Of a stretch of 64,000 bases of DNA, positions 37,772-50,310 are shown in pieces; the first letter of the stretch is position 1, and the number at the start of each line of letters is the position of its first letter. Origin of the DNA: Octopus sinensis (lineage: Eukaryota). The notes below the pieces were generated by a model. That model did not search any database. It saw only the letters and a program-made list of their open reading frames with translations, and had not been told where the DNA came from. The translations under genes and the position numbers were made by a program. The stretch covers positions 105,090,001 through 105,154,000 of the forward strand of contig NC_043001.1 of the NCBI RefSeq assembly GCF_006345805.1, written 5' to 3'.

Positions 37772-38027
37772 CATTTCAAAGATATCTTATTGAAGTAGAA
37801 TAGTAGACTTTAACTGCTATTTCTAAATTACGGTATGTATATCAGGTAGACAAATACAGTTACGCACGCCACACAAACACGCACGCGCGTGTGTATGCAT
37901 ATTTATATCATACTAATCTACCACGATCTCTCGATCTCTTTTTTTTTCTATTGGAACTTTTAGTCTTCTAGTAAGAATTGTTTCTCTTCTGTCTTTTACC
38001 TTCTATTTCTTATTCTTTTCTCCTCTA

Positions 38028-38393
38028 GGCACAAGCCCACAATTCTGGAGGAGGGGAGCAGTCATTAGATCAATCCCAGTACGCAACTGGTACTTAATTT
38101 ATCGACCCCGAAAGGATGAAATGCAAAGTCGACCTCGGCGGAATTTGAACTCAGAACGTAAGCTCAGACGAAATACCTATTTCTTTACAACCCACAAGGG
38201 GCGAAACACAGAGGGGACAAACAAGGACAGACAAACGGATAAGGTCAATTACATTGATCCTCAGTGCGTAACTGGTACTTAATTTATCGACCCCCAAAGG
38301 ATGAAAGGCAAAATCGACTTCGGCGGAAGTTGGACTCAGAACGTAACGGCAGACGAACAGAGGGGATAAACAAGGACAGACAAATGGATTAAG

Positions 38394-38435
<42 letters not shown>

Positions 38436-38796
38436 CGACTTAATCCATTGTCTGTCCTTGTTTATCCCCTCTGTGTTTCGCCCCTTGTTGGTTGTAAAGA
38501 AATAGGTATTTCGTCTGCCGTACGTTCTGAGTCCAACTTCCGCCGAAGTCGATTTTGCCTTTCATCCTAAGGGCGGCGAGCTGGCAGAAACGTTAGCACG
38601 CCGGGCGAAATGCTTAGCCGTATTTCGTCTGCCGTTAAGTGTTCTGGGTTCAAAATCCGCCGAGGTCGACTTTGCCTTTCATCCTTTCGGGGTCGATAAA
38701 TTAAGTACCAGTTACGCACTGGGGTCGATGTAATCGACTTAATCCCTTTGTCTGTCCTTGTTCGTCCCTTCTATGTTCAGCCCTGTGGGCAGTAAG

Positions 38797-38856
<60 letters not shown>

Positions 38857-39231
38857 TATATATATCGACTTAATCCATTTGTCTGTCCTTGTTTATCCCC
38901 TCTGTGTTTCGCCCCTTGTTGGTTGTAAAGAAATAGGTATTTCGTCTGCCGTTACGTTCTGAGTCCAACTTCCGCCGAAGTCGATTTTGCCTTTCATCCT
39001 AAGGGCGGCGAGCTGGCAGAAACGTTAGCACGCCGGGCGAAATGCTTAGCCGTATTTCGTCTGCCGTTAAGTGTTCTGGGTTCAAAATCCGCCGAGGTCG
39101 ACTTTGCCTTTCATCCTTTCGGGGTCGATAAATTAAGTACCAGTTACGCACTGGGGTCGATGTAATCGACTTAATCCCTTTGTCTGTCCTTGTTCGTCCC
39201 TTCTATGTTCAGCCCCTTGTGGGCAGTAAAG

Positions 39232-39235
<4 letters not shown>
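38028..39235. repeat. Inverted and tandem array of SINE family B units punctuated by (TA)n
   Basis: Minus units 38028-38396; plus units ~38434-38800 and ~38863-39235 are near-identical; derived variants (TCCAACTTCCGCCGAAGTCGATTTTG) are shared across orientations. Confidence 0.85.
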
Positions 39236-39282
<47 letters not shown>

Positions 39283-39285
<3 letters not shown>

Positions 39286-39635
39286 TCTCTTGGGCAAGTG
39301 TCTTCTACTATAGCCTGAAGCCGACCAAAGCCTTGTGAGTGGACTTGGTAGACGGAAACTGAAAGAAGGCCGTCGTATATATGTGTATATATGTGTGTGT
39401 GTGTTCGTGTTTGAGTGTGTGTGTTTGTGTGTCTGTGTTTCTTCCCCCACCTAACATCGCTTGACATGCGATGCTGATGTGTTTACGTCCCCGTAACTTA
39501 GCGATTCGGCAAAAAAGATACCGATAGAATAAGTACTAGGATTACAAGAATGAGTACTTTAGTCGATTTGCTCGACTAAAAGGTGCTCCAGCATGGTTGA
39601 AGTCAAATGACTAAAACAAGTAAAAGAATAAAAGA
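39283..39635 (+). mobile_element. SINE family A, 5'-truncated
   Basis: TTGGGCAAGTGTCTTCTACTATAGCC..GGTGCTCCAGCATGG..AACAAGTAAAAGAATAAAAG. Confidence 0.85.
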
Positions 39636-40152
39636 ATATATGCACTAACGCATGCATGTATGTATTCTGGAATCAAAGAATGATCAGTATCATACTTTTC
39701 GAATATCTCTGCCCAAAATTGGTTATGTTCATACAACGTGAGGTGATAAAACTTTCATTAAATACTCTACGCTCCGGGTTTTACTATTTTAGTGATATCT
39801 AGTAACACTAATTCGTAGTTTTGTCTAATATCACTAATTAAAAAATGATTTAAAAAAAAATTAGTTTCGAAAATTATTTTATCTTATTTGCAGATCTCTG
39901 TTCCAGACATTTGCAAATTTGATTCATTTACGTTTTAGAAAGTGAGAAAATGCTTCCATTCTTAGATATAAGTAAGTAAATTTATGCTTGCTAGAAACAG
40001 TAAACTACAAATGTTGGAATAAAACAACCGTTACTCATTTTGTCTTCGATGAAAATATTTAGAAAAATGATACTGAACGATGTAGTTCTAATACTACCAT
40101 ACAAAATCGAAAAGGTTGTGGTTGGGTTCTATATTTAAGAGATAAGGAATTA

Positions 40153-40398
40153 TGTACATTATTTACATTATTTACATTTGACGGATATTTGTCCTCATCT
40201 TGTTTGTTGTTAACACAACGCTTCGGCTGATATACCCTCCTGCATCGTCAGGTGCCTTGGGGAAATTTCGAATCTGGGTTCTCATTCCTAAGGTATTTTC
40301 GAAATTATTATTATTATTATTACTTTTATTATTACCAATGCTTGGAATCGAACTCGGAATCTTGGTGTTAGTAGCCCGCACTCTTAACCACTACGCCA
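40153..40398 (-). mobile_element. tRNA-headed, hammerhead-tailed SINE-like element (copy 2)
   Basis: Head GGCGTAGTGGTTAAGAGTGCGGGCTACTAAC..GAGTTCGATTCC; (TAA)n; tail GGCAC CTGACGA TGCAGGAGGGTATATCAGCC GAAGCGTTGTGTT..CCGTCAAATGTAAATAATGTAAATAATGTA. Confidence 0.8.
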
Positions 40399-41376
40399 AT
40401 AATAGAGTGAATTTTAGGGCTTATAAATCTAATATTTTTCTAACCTTCCTTAATACTGTTTCTTATATGCTGCCTATATCTGCACTCGGCCTAGGTTGCT
40501 GTGTCCTAGCATATGTCCTGCTTCTTTTAGTTTTCAAATGGGTACGATGGAAAAAGCCATGGGAAGGTCAATGCTTGGAATATGATTAAGAGAGAGCATT
40601 CTTTCGAGAACGGAGTGGAGAGAATGATGTAATAAGAGAGTACCAAAAGCACACATTTATCTGAGCTTGCGGTGATCTCTTGTCGCAGGGCTCCTAGACG
40701 GCAGATAGATCAGTAAATGTACGAAGCTGCAAAACGAAGAAATCTAGAACGAAAATATAAGGAAGTGTAGAAAGAGTTCCACAGACAGTAGAAGAAAGGA
40801 CAGATGAAAAAAAAAAAAAATAAAAATGGAAGCATCTCACTTCTCCATTGATACTTTTAATAAGAAAACAAAAAATAATTGACGTGCAAGAGAGACAGAT
40901 ATAATACAAAATAAGATGTCTGTTCCGCGAAAAGATGTCAAAGCAACAGTGACATGGTTCTTAGTTTAGCTTGTTACTTCAACAGAAATGAACAGTTTCT
41001 GCAAATATAGCAATCGGACAATGTTTGCTGTCTCGTTAGTTGCTTAATAATATCGTGTAAAACAATGTCAACAAATGTAAATCGATATCTTGTTAAATAT
41101 TCAAAGCTCTGTGATATTTGCCAATGTAAAACTACATTAATTCATTTGTTTCAATTATTAATATAGAGAAGCAGGTTATGTCAATCGGCAGACTCGTTAC
41201 ACCGTCGGATTAAATACCGATTGGGCTTTACTTGCAGCCGTTTAGCTTGTTCTATTCTTCTTCTTTTTTGTTGTTTGTTTTACTTGTTCCAATCACACCC
41301 CTACGACCCTGCCAGAAAGGAGTTAAACTTCTCAAATTGACTGCTGGATGTATTGTAAATGGGTTCAAGTCACTGC

Positions 41377-41465
41377 CTTATGATGGCTGGAGGGTATATC
41401 AGCCGAAACCTTGTGTTAACGACAAACAAGATGAGGACAAATATCCGTCAAATGTAAATAATGTT
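41377..41465 (+). mobile_element. Hammerhead-bearing tail of the same element (copy 3, 5'-truncated)
   Basis: CTTATGA TGGCTGGAGGGTATATCAGCC GAAACCTTGTGTTAAC..GATGAGGACAAATATCCGTCAAATGTAAATAATG. Confidence 0.8.
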
Positions 41466-41577
41466 CAAAATAAAATACTTGAAATAACAGCAATAAAATA
41501 AGTAAATCCTAGCAATTATTTTTCTAAACTTATTCATCTTTATTGTGTTTGTTTAAGAAATTTATATCAGCGTTATA

Positions 41578-41795
41578 TGGAGGCGCGTGGCTTAGTGGTT
41601 AGGGTGATGGACTTATGATAGTGGTTTCGATTCCTGGACAGGGCGACGCGTTGTGTTCTTGAGCAAAACACTTCATTTCACGTTGCTCCACTCCACTCAG
41701 CTGGCAGAAACAAGTAATTGTGTGACGGTCCAGAATCCCGTCCAGGTGGGGAATATATACGCCATTGAAATCGGGAAACCGGCCCTCATGACCCC
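41578..41795 (+). mobile_element. SINE family D-related
   Basis: GGAGGCGCGTGGCTTAGTGGTTAGGG..GGTTTCGATTCC..CCCGTCCAGGTGGGG..GGGAAACCGGCCC. Confidence 0.75.
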
Positions 41796-44047
41796 AGAAT
41801 GAAATATTAATTTGATTTTTTTTTTATCAGCTTTATAATTCGACGGTTTCACTATTTCAGTGCCACCAGTTTTCTTAATTACGATTATAACCTTGGACCT
41901 TTAATTTGTACATTTGTATGTAACCTAGATTTAGGAATGAATCTACTGACCCAGGGGTTTAATGGGGGAAATGCACACGAACGCTTCACATAGAAATATA
42001 GACACTGAGTTGTCTTGAGGTATTGGTTCTGCATGTATCTAGGAAAGAAAAGATATATGATAATGATTAGAAAGCGCTCGTAATGAAAAGAAATTATAGG
42101 TAAAATGCTTGCTAATATAATGTCTACATTGGTTCAATAGTGTTGAAAAGGATAACGTGTGATTCAACTAAGATATTCAGTCATTTAAGAAAATTCCTCA
42201 CATCTTAGAATATACTATTATCATGTTCGGTGTGGAGCAATGATACAACAAGCACACTTTCTGAAGGCTTTTAAACAAAACAAAACGTATCGACACGCTG
42301 TAAATATTTTAGCTTGTCTAAGTAGATTTTTAAAAGCGATTTTTTGTTATAATCTCTGAGCATTCATGAGAAAGAAAAAAATAATAACAATTATAGAAAT
42401 TAAAAGACATATTCCAGAAGACGATAGAATGATAATCATAATAATAGAACAAGTTGTCAGAAACACTTCACCGCCAGTTAAGAATAATGTGATGAGGCTA
42501 ATATATAGTGAAAAAGTAAAATGCAATCAACTTGTAATTACACTGGTAAATAGCTTTAAAAAAATCGAATGAAACGAAAATTACTACAATTCAAGTTTGA
42601 TTACAAATACGTAATGTTACTTATTAATCAGCATGAAAGAAATAAAATTATATTTAAAAGCACAAATAACCTACAAATTTCGTAGTAAATGTAATTTCAA
42701 GAAAGCAAATGAATTACACCGTATAACCCAAGCAATTTCATAGCAATGATATATGAAATATAAACTAGTTAATTCATAATTATCCAAATTTGAAGTCAAT
42801 GAAACTGAAAAAAAAATTATAATAATAAAAAAAAAATCGCAAATCCAATTACGAATAAGGATTTCCATAAAGAAAAAATGTTTAAGAATCTACTAAAAGT
42901 ACATTATTTCCTTAAATTAAAAAAAAAATTGACTAAATCATGTTTAGAGAGAATTGGAATTGAAACTCTTTGATCAGACAAAAGTCAAGGCTTTTAGGAA
43001 GGGGTTAGAACCAAAATAATACTTATAATGCCGCTAGATGTTTGATTGAAAACGCAAATAGAGAAAAACAAAGAAACATAATTTCTATCTCCAGTTTATC
43101 AATAAACTGTGTCATATCGTTTGAGAAAGACGTACACACTTACCTGTATACTAATATGAAGGTACAAAAGAGAAAAATTGATTATTTGATAATTTGAATA
43201 CAGAGATTTAACAGGTTACAACTCGACGAACGTTCAGGAGATTAAATACAGTTTTGACAACGAAAACATTATCCCTCGTTTGGTGATTTGCTCAAAGCAA
43301 GTCACATGGTACTGCTTTAAAAAGAGGATCAACAGAGGGTAATTGGTATTAGCCCCGAATTAGGGTGTTATCAAACCTGAATGTTTTCGATCACCGCCCT
43401 GCTTTGTCAGGACGAACTTGCTGTTATAATTTACCACTCCAATAACAACAACAAAAAAGGCAACACCCATGAAATACTGGCATGTGCTGGGATAAATATA
43501 GAAAACCCCTATATTGAATACATGAATGAGCACCAAAACAAGGGATATTAATGGAACATTCCCTTTAAAATGTCTAACGAGTGTAAAAACTTAAGCCGCA
43601 TATTGTTGTTTGGGAGGGACAGGGAAAAGTATATACCGTCATAGAGGTCCGCTGCTCTGTTGATGTAAATATCTCTTGGTAAATCGGTAAGAAACCTGAG
43701 AAAGGACGACAAATGCGAAACCCTCGATTTCTATACCCAGATTATAAATTCACATTTATATCAATAATAAATTGTTGCACTTGGTTTCGTAAGTAAATGC
43801 CTGGATAAGCAGGGCTTTTCAGAAAAGGAAATCAACCTGCCAATTTGTACGTTACGAATACAATATCGGAGTGGCTATGCAAAACTTTTCTTAAGTTTAA
43901 AATCTGATATTGTTTTTATTATCAATATTCCAGTGATGGAATTTTGTCTTTATTAGAAACAGGCTTCGTACTTACACGAAGATTTCAAATAAGTAAAAGT
44001 AGAAGAGAATACACACACACACCGATAAATGTGTGTATATGTATGTG

Positions 44048-44235
<188 letters not shown>

Positions 44236-44628
44236 TACACGTATGCATACATTATTCTGCTTTGTTGTTTGTAATACTACGGTTTTAATCTTGGTATAAT
44301 TTATACTGACATTATCATCTTTATTAATATCTCATTATTAATTATATTTTCTCTTTTAATCTCGTACATACTCACATTTGCAAGTCTGAACGAAATTGAC
44401 TAATCATTATTTGTACTCAAAGAACTTTTTTTCTCCATGCTATTCTGCCTGCCTTACTATAAGTCGCGTTCCTAATCGATATACAATCATTTGTTACGTC
44501 TTTGTTTTAACGACTGTTTTGCCTCCAAGTGTTTCTTTTGCTAGCGTATCTACACCTATATTAACTGACTTGTACGGCTTTGTATTAGTAAGTTTAATAC
44601 ATTTAAAATTATTTTTGATAATAGTTTG

Positions 44629-44674
<46 letters not shown>

Positions 44675-44769
44675 ATTAAGTACATAAATGCAAAACAACG
44701 TGGAAAAAATAGTACTCGATTACCAGAGCTAGAGTAATATATTTTATTAAAAGAAAGCAAAAATATATA

Positions 44770-44872
44770 AACTGTTCCTCAGAGTTTCACGTTCTCGTCC
44801 ATCGGACAGTTTTGTTTTGATTCTATACAAAACTGTCCGAGGAAATAGAATGTGAAACTCTGAGTAACAGTT
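44770..44872. repeat. Palindrome built from two inverted hammerhead-like units
   Basis: Arms 44770-44814 and 44828-44872. Right arm on +: ACTGT CCGAGGA AATAGAATGT GAA ACT-CTG-AGT A ACAGT. Left arm on -: ACTGT CCGATGG ACG-AGAA-CGT GAAACTCTGAGGAACAGT. Confidence 0.7.
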
Positions 44873-44924
44873 TTTATGATATTTTTGCTGCTTTTTAATA
44901 ATGTTTTCTTGCTCGTTTACTCGT

Positions 44925-45370
44925 TCCCCTGTTTCCGTCATTAGAATGTGGCCATGCTGGGGCATCGTCTTGAAGAATTTTTTAGTCGAATGAATCAACC
45001 TCAGAGTTTTTGAAATGAAGCCGTGCAATTATTTTACCGATCACATTGTCCCCCGTAACTTAGCGAACAGCTACGTTAAGGGGACATAAACACAATAACA
45101 GCGGTTGTCAAACGGTGGTGGAGAACAGACACGAGCATAAAACCAGACACACAGACAGACACAGACAAAGACACTGAGATTCTCACGCGCGAATACATAC
45201 ATACGCGACGGACTTCTTTTTAGTTTCCCTTGTACCAAATACACTCGCAAAGCTTTGGTCGGCCCGAAGTTATAGTAGAAGATCCTTGTCGAGGGTGCCA
45301 CGAAATGGAACTGAACTCAGAACCATGTCGTCAGGAAGTGAGCTTCTTACTGCACAGCCACGCCTATACG
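44925..45370 (-). mobile_element. SINE family A (diverged, near full-length)
   Basis: GTGGCCATGCTGGGGCATCG..GCGGTTGTCAAACG..GCTTTGGTCGGCCCGAAG..GGAACTGAACTCAGAACCATG. Confidence 0.7.
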
Positions 45371-46144
45371 GTTGATTATACATGTAGCCATATTGAAAAG
45401 ACAGATTCTCATAACTACGTATATAGAGCAACTGTCTTGTATGGTTTTATATTAATAATTTTAATAGAGTTACAAGTATTTTCGATATCAGTGTTTATGG
45501 CATATATCAGTCTAATGATTTTTCTTTTCTTCTCGCGAATTAAAAAAAAAAGTTAGTAGTTCTTTGCAATTTCTTAGCTTCCACATTTCTTGTTGCATTC
45601 CTGGTTGCTATTATATTTCGTAATGTTATTTAGCTGTTAACCAAATAACTCGTACATTTCTTTTGTCCATTAGATTATAAATCTATATTGAAATGATAGA
45701 GACCATACTGGAATTAATCTGAAGCGCTACTTATTTTCTCTTTTTATTTAAATCTTTTAGGACTGCGTTAGTTATTTCGTATATTTTCACTTCATGTTGC
45801 TTTGACCTCCGTCTAAAAAGTTGTGGTTTTTATTTTAGAAATGTAATTAACATTAATATATGCAAAGATGTGGTGAGAAAGTTATACTTGTGTATGATCA
45901 TCATTTCTGCATGAATCGTCATATCAATCGTCCTTTTCGAAACATAGGCTCATCAGGCCGGATTCTTGGATTCTGGAGCGTATATATTAGTTATAGGTAG
46001 CTTAACTGGTATCCCTTGAAGAAATTTGTCAAGATTCCGTTTAAAGGCGATGGGGACAATGTTAAATAGGGCAGGGCCTATTCAGGAAAAGAAATTGTGC
46101 TGCAATGTATTTATGTGCTTTGCCCCTAAATTGGATAGGGGACG

Positions 46145-46182
<38 letters not shown>

Positions 46183-46244
46183 AGTGTGTATGTGTGTGTG
46201 TGTGTATGTGTGTATGTAGGTATATATATATGTATATATATATA

Positions 46245-46282
<38 letters not shown>

Positions 46283-46310
46283 TATATATATAAATATATA
46301 TCTATATAAT

Positions 46311-46376
<66 letters not shown>

Positions 46377-46589
46377 CATATATATGTATGTATATATATA
46401 TATATATGTATATATGAAATTAGGATAAAATCATTAGTTTATGATTTATGAGTGTCCAGCATACTAAAAATTCCTTGACGGTTAATTTGTATTAAAATTA
46501 TAATAAGGGAGCTGAATGATTACAACACAACCTGAACAACTCGCCTGCTGGGTTTAGCTAATCAATGTAATATATAGATTAGTGTAGAG

Positions 46590-46810
46590 CGTCGAGCGAG
46601 AAAAATCGTTAACACGCCGAGCAAGTGTACTTCGCGGCATTTCGTCCGCATTAACATTCTGAGTTTAAAGTCTGCCGCGGTCGTGTTAGCCTTTAATCTT
46701 TTTCGGAGTCTATAAAATAAGTATCAATTGCGCACTGGGGTCTATGTAATGGACCTAACCCCGCCCCCCGTACCTGATGGCTTTTTGCCAAAATTTGAAT
46801 CCAATTTAAC
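46590..46810 (+). mobile_element. SINE family B
   Basis: CGTTAACACGCCGAGC..TTCTGAGTTTAAAGTCTGCCGCGGTCG..GCGCACTGGGGTC. Confidence 0.65.
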
Positions 46811-47564
46811 ATATCCACAGATTCAAACTCGGCTGTGTGTGTATTATCACAGAATCTGATAATTCTAATGCCATGTATGACATTCCAAAGTCTTGTGAGA
46901 TCATGTAATTTGTGTCAGTCGGTCATATTCCCAGTGTGCATAATCGTGTCATATCAATGAGTTCCATTAAACGCGTGTAGATATCGTGCAGCCATTTTTT
47001 ATCAGCGAATCTTTAGTGCTTGTACTAGCGACATATTAACGTTGCATATAATTTCACATCATCATTGGAAATTGATCTGCGGTAGCATGCTAGCATCATA
47101 CTCAATTCATTTCACGATTCTAACACAATCCGCCACTAAAGTGCAAACTGCATTCCTGTCTTCCACAGAGCATCATTACATAGATTTCGAACTTTTAAAA
47201 TATCGATTTCTAACGCAAGTGAATATTATCATATAGGAAGTTAATATGTAACTATGGACTTTGATTACATACTAGTCTCTTGGCATTACCAACACTATAA
47301 TAGGAAAGTCTGTGATACTGTATAATTACTGTGTAATTAAAGAAATTATACATTTCGTTCACATTATATTTAACACAAAGATTGGAACAATATCATTAAG
47401 ATGGATTCTGCAAAAATTTCTATGAAATTAAAATCAAACAGAACTAAAGCTGCATTCACTTTGTCCACTCGGAAACAAAGAACTAAATATTGTTTTGTTG
47501 TTAGACAAACCACATAAATAATGTACTTGTTACTCTGCCAGCCTCTCTGTCTGCCCGTCTGTTT

Positions 47565-47565
47565 G

Positions 47566-47644
<79 letters not shown>

Positions 47645-47766
47645 GTCTGTCAGTCTATCTATCTATCTGTCTGTCTATCTATCCATCTATCTATCTAGTC
47701 TTTTTTTCTCTCTACGGTGTGTGTCTCTTTTAATCTCCTTTATACATACATACATACATACATACA

Positions 47767-47800
<34 letters not shown>
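47565..47800. repeat. (ATCT)n and (CATA)n microsatellites
   Basis: Direct reading. Confidence 0.9.
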
Positions 47801-47802
<2 letters not shown>

Positions 47803-47978
47803 CATGTACTTCATAGTTATACGAAAAGCCATGAAAAACAAAAGACAGAGACAGATGAGAAAACGACAATCAAAGTGTATTAGTTTGATGTCGAGGAAAT
47901 ATTTTCAGCCTGCGCCTCTCTAAACAGACGGACGAAGAACAAAAGCGAATTGAGAGAAGTAAAAAGAAAAGAGGCAAT

Positions 47979-48037
<59 letters not shown>

Positions 48038-48250
48038 ATGCTCTTAGCTTAGTTTTCCCTTGGGGCTGGCCAGATTGGAGCAATCTCAAGATTAATCAGC
48101 CGAAATTGCGAGGATGATCCGGTTCTTGACTGACGATGAAAAACTTCGAATGACCCGTCCTTGTTTTTTTGTATCGTCTATCTGGATGACTTGTTGTCCC
48201 TTTTTGTATCATCTAGTTGTCCGGATGTTTTGCGTTCTTGTCCCATGTTG

Positions 48251-48343
<93 letters not shown>

Positions 48344-48379
48344 ATAAACTATAAAATTCTTCAAATATATCCAGTAGTA

Positions 48380-48590
48380 TGTGTATTCTTTGTAAGCCTA
48401 GTACTTATTCTATCGGCCACTTTGCCGAACCGCTTGGTTATGGGCACGTAAACACACCAGCATCGGCATCAAGCCAATCCATTCACAAGGCTTTGGTCGG
48501 CTCGAGGCTATAGTAGAACACACTCGCCCAAGGTGCCACGCAGTGGGACTGAAACCGGAACCATGGGGTTGGTTAGCCACTCCTGCGCCA
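48380..48590 (-). mobile_element. SINE family A, internally deleted
   Basis: TTCTTTGTAAGCCTAGTACTTATTCTATCGG..CCAAGGTGCCACGCAGTGGGACTGAAACCGGAACCATG..CACTCCTGCGCC. Confidence 0.85.
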
Positions 48591-49217
48591 ATGTGTATAC
48601 TATATACATGTTTTCTTTGTAAATTGTGATCTCTATTATATTTCGTTTAGTTATATAATTATACACAAGAATCTTGTACCCTTCTCTTTTAAAAATCTAG
48701 AATGAGTAGAGAGGAAAACAAGAAACCTCTCAACCGCTAGTACCCGACTGAATATCTGATATATAGATTGATTCCATTTATAAATTTTCTTATAAAGAAT
48801 TGCCGCTATGTTTAATACGCGAGAGAGAGAGAAAAAGAGAGAGAGAGAGGGTGAGAGAGAGAGAAGGAGAGATAGATAGATAGATAGATTGATTGATAGA
48901 GAGAGAGAGATAGAGATCTCAAATGAAGATCTGAAGCCGTGAAGGTGTTTGCTCTCTTTCCCACAAGTCCTAAAGAAGAAATCATAGCAATAAAGAAATA
49001 TTAGGTAAAAATTCAGTTCTGTTATATTTTGTTTATTTTGTATTTTATTTTAGTTCTTTTTGCGTCGTTCCGGCCTTGCACAACCAATCTCCCGAATGTG
49101 TATTATAAAAGCAGCCAACGCTGAAGATCTTATGATATATTGAAGAATTATGTCGGTGAACGTTAGCCAGATAAGGAACCAGTTATTGCGAACGCATTCA
49201 GTGCACTCGTACGCATT

Positions 49218-49377
49218 GGGCATATGGCATCGTAGTTAAGAGCGCGGGCTACTAACCCCATGATTCCGAGTTCGATTTCAGACAGTGAACTGAATAATAA
49301 TAATAATAATAATAATCATAATAATAATAATAATGATAATAATAATAGTAATAGTAATAATAATAATAATAATAATG

Positions 49378-49426
<49 letters not shown>

Positions 49427-49446
49427 CAACAACAACAACAATAATC

Positions 49447-49490
<44 letters not shown>

Positions 49491-49588
49491 CATAACAACA
49501 TGGAAAAGTACCTTAGGAATGAGAAAGGTTCAAAATTTCCCCAAGACACTTGATGAAGGCTGGAGGGTATATCAGCCGAACCGTGTGT
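49218..49588 (+). mobile_element. tRNA-headed, hammerhead-tailed SINE-like element (copy 4) with expanded internal (AAT)n
   Basis: Head GGGCATATGGCATCGTAGTTAAGAGCGCGGGCTACTAACCCC..GAGTTCGATT; ~200-bp (AAT)n; GACAC TTGATGA AGGCTGGAGGGTATATCAGCC GAACCGTGTG; truncated by a SINE A insertion. Confidence 0.82.
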
Positions 49589-50018
49589 ATAGGCGTAGGA
49601 GTGGCTGTGTGGTAAGTAGTCTGCTTACCAAACACATGGTCCTGAGTTCGGTCCACTGCGTGGTATCTTGGGCAAGTGTCTTCTAATATAACCTCGGGTC
49701 GACCAAAACCTTGTGAATGGATTTGGTAGACGGAAACAGGAAGAAGCTCGTCGTATATGTATATATATATATATTTTTTTTTATTGAAATGGATAAATGA
49801 ATTATCTTGTTACGGATTATTCAAAGGGAGCGTTTGTTCGAAAAGCCTGCTGCTCATTTGTTTGGAGATTTAAGTTCCTGGATTTTCCTGAAGAGAAAGC
49901 TGCAAAATGGTCTCCTTATTCAATCCGAATTAGGGAATTTGCAGCCTTTGAAACATGTGTAGAAAATAATAAAAAGGAATTTTGTAAAATCTTCGTTCAG
50001 CTCCATTTCTTCCCTCAC

Positions 50019-50085
<67 letters not shown>

Positions 50086-50310
50086 TATATGTGTGTGTGT
50101 GTGCGTGTGTGTGTGCGTGTATGTTTGTGTTTCTATATTTGTCCCTCAACATCGCTTGAAAACCGATGCTGGCTTGTTTACGTGCCCGTAAATTAACGGT
50201 TCGGCAAAAGTACTAGGCTTACAATGAATAAGCTCTGGGGTCGATTTGCTCGACTAAAGGCAATGCTCAAGCATGGCCGCAGTGAAATGACTGAAACAAG
50301 AAAATGAGTA
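49589..50310 (+). mobile_element. SINE family A split at its internal microsatellite by a ~250-bp insert
   Basis: Head 49589-49770, tail ~50090-50310; non-SINE sequence ~49772-50022 lies between two (TA)n tracts. Confidence 0.8.
49882..49967 (+). ncRNA. Minimal type I hammerhead ribozyme, canonical core
   Basis: ATTTTC CTGAAGA GAAAGCTGCAAA..TTTGCAGCCTTT GAA AC ATGT GT A GAAAAT. Stem I 6 bp perfect, stem II 12 bp (one mismatch, basal G-U), GUA triplet. Confidence 0.75.

Noticed and set aside
48128-48160. CTGACGA-T-GAA/TTC-GAATGACCCGTC hammerhead-like string
   Set aside because: GAAA is GAAT and stem I does not pair.
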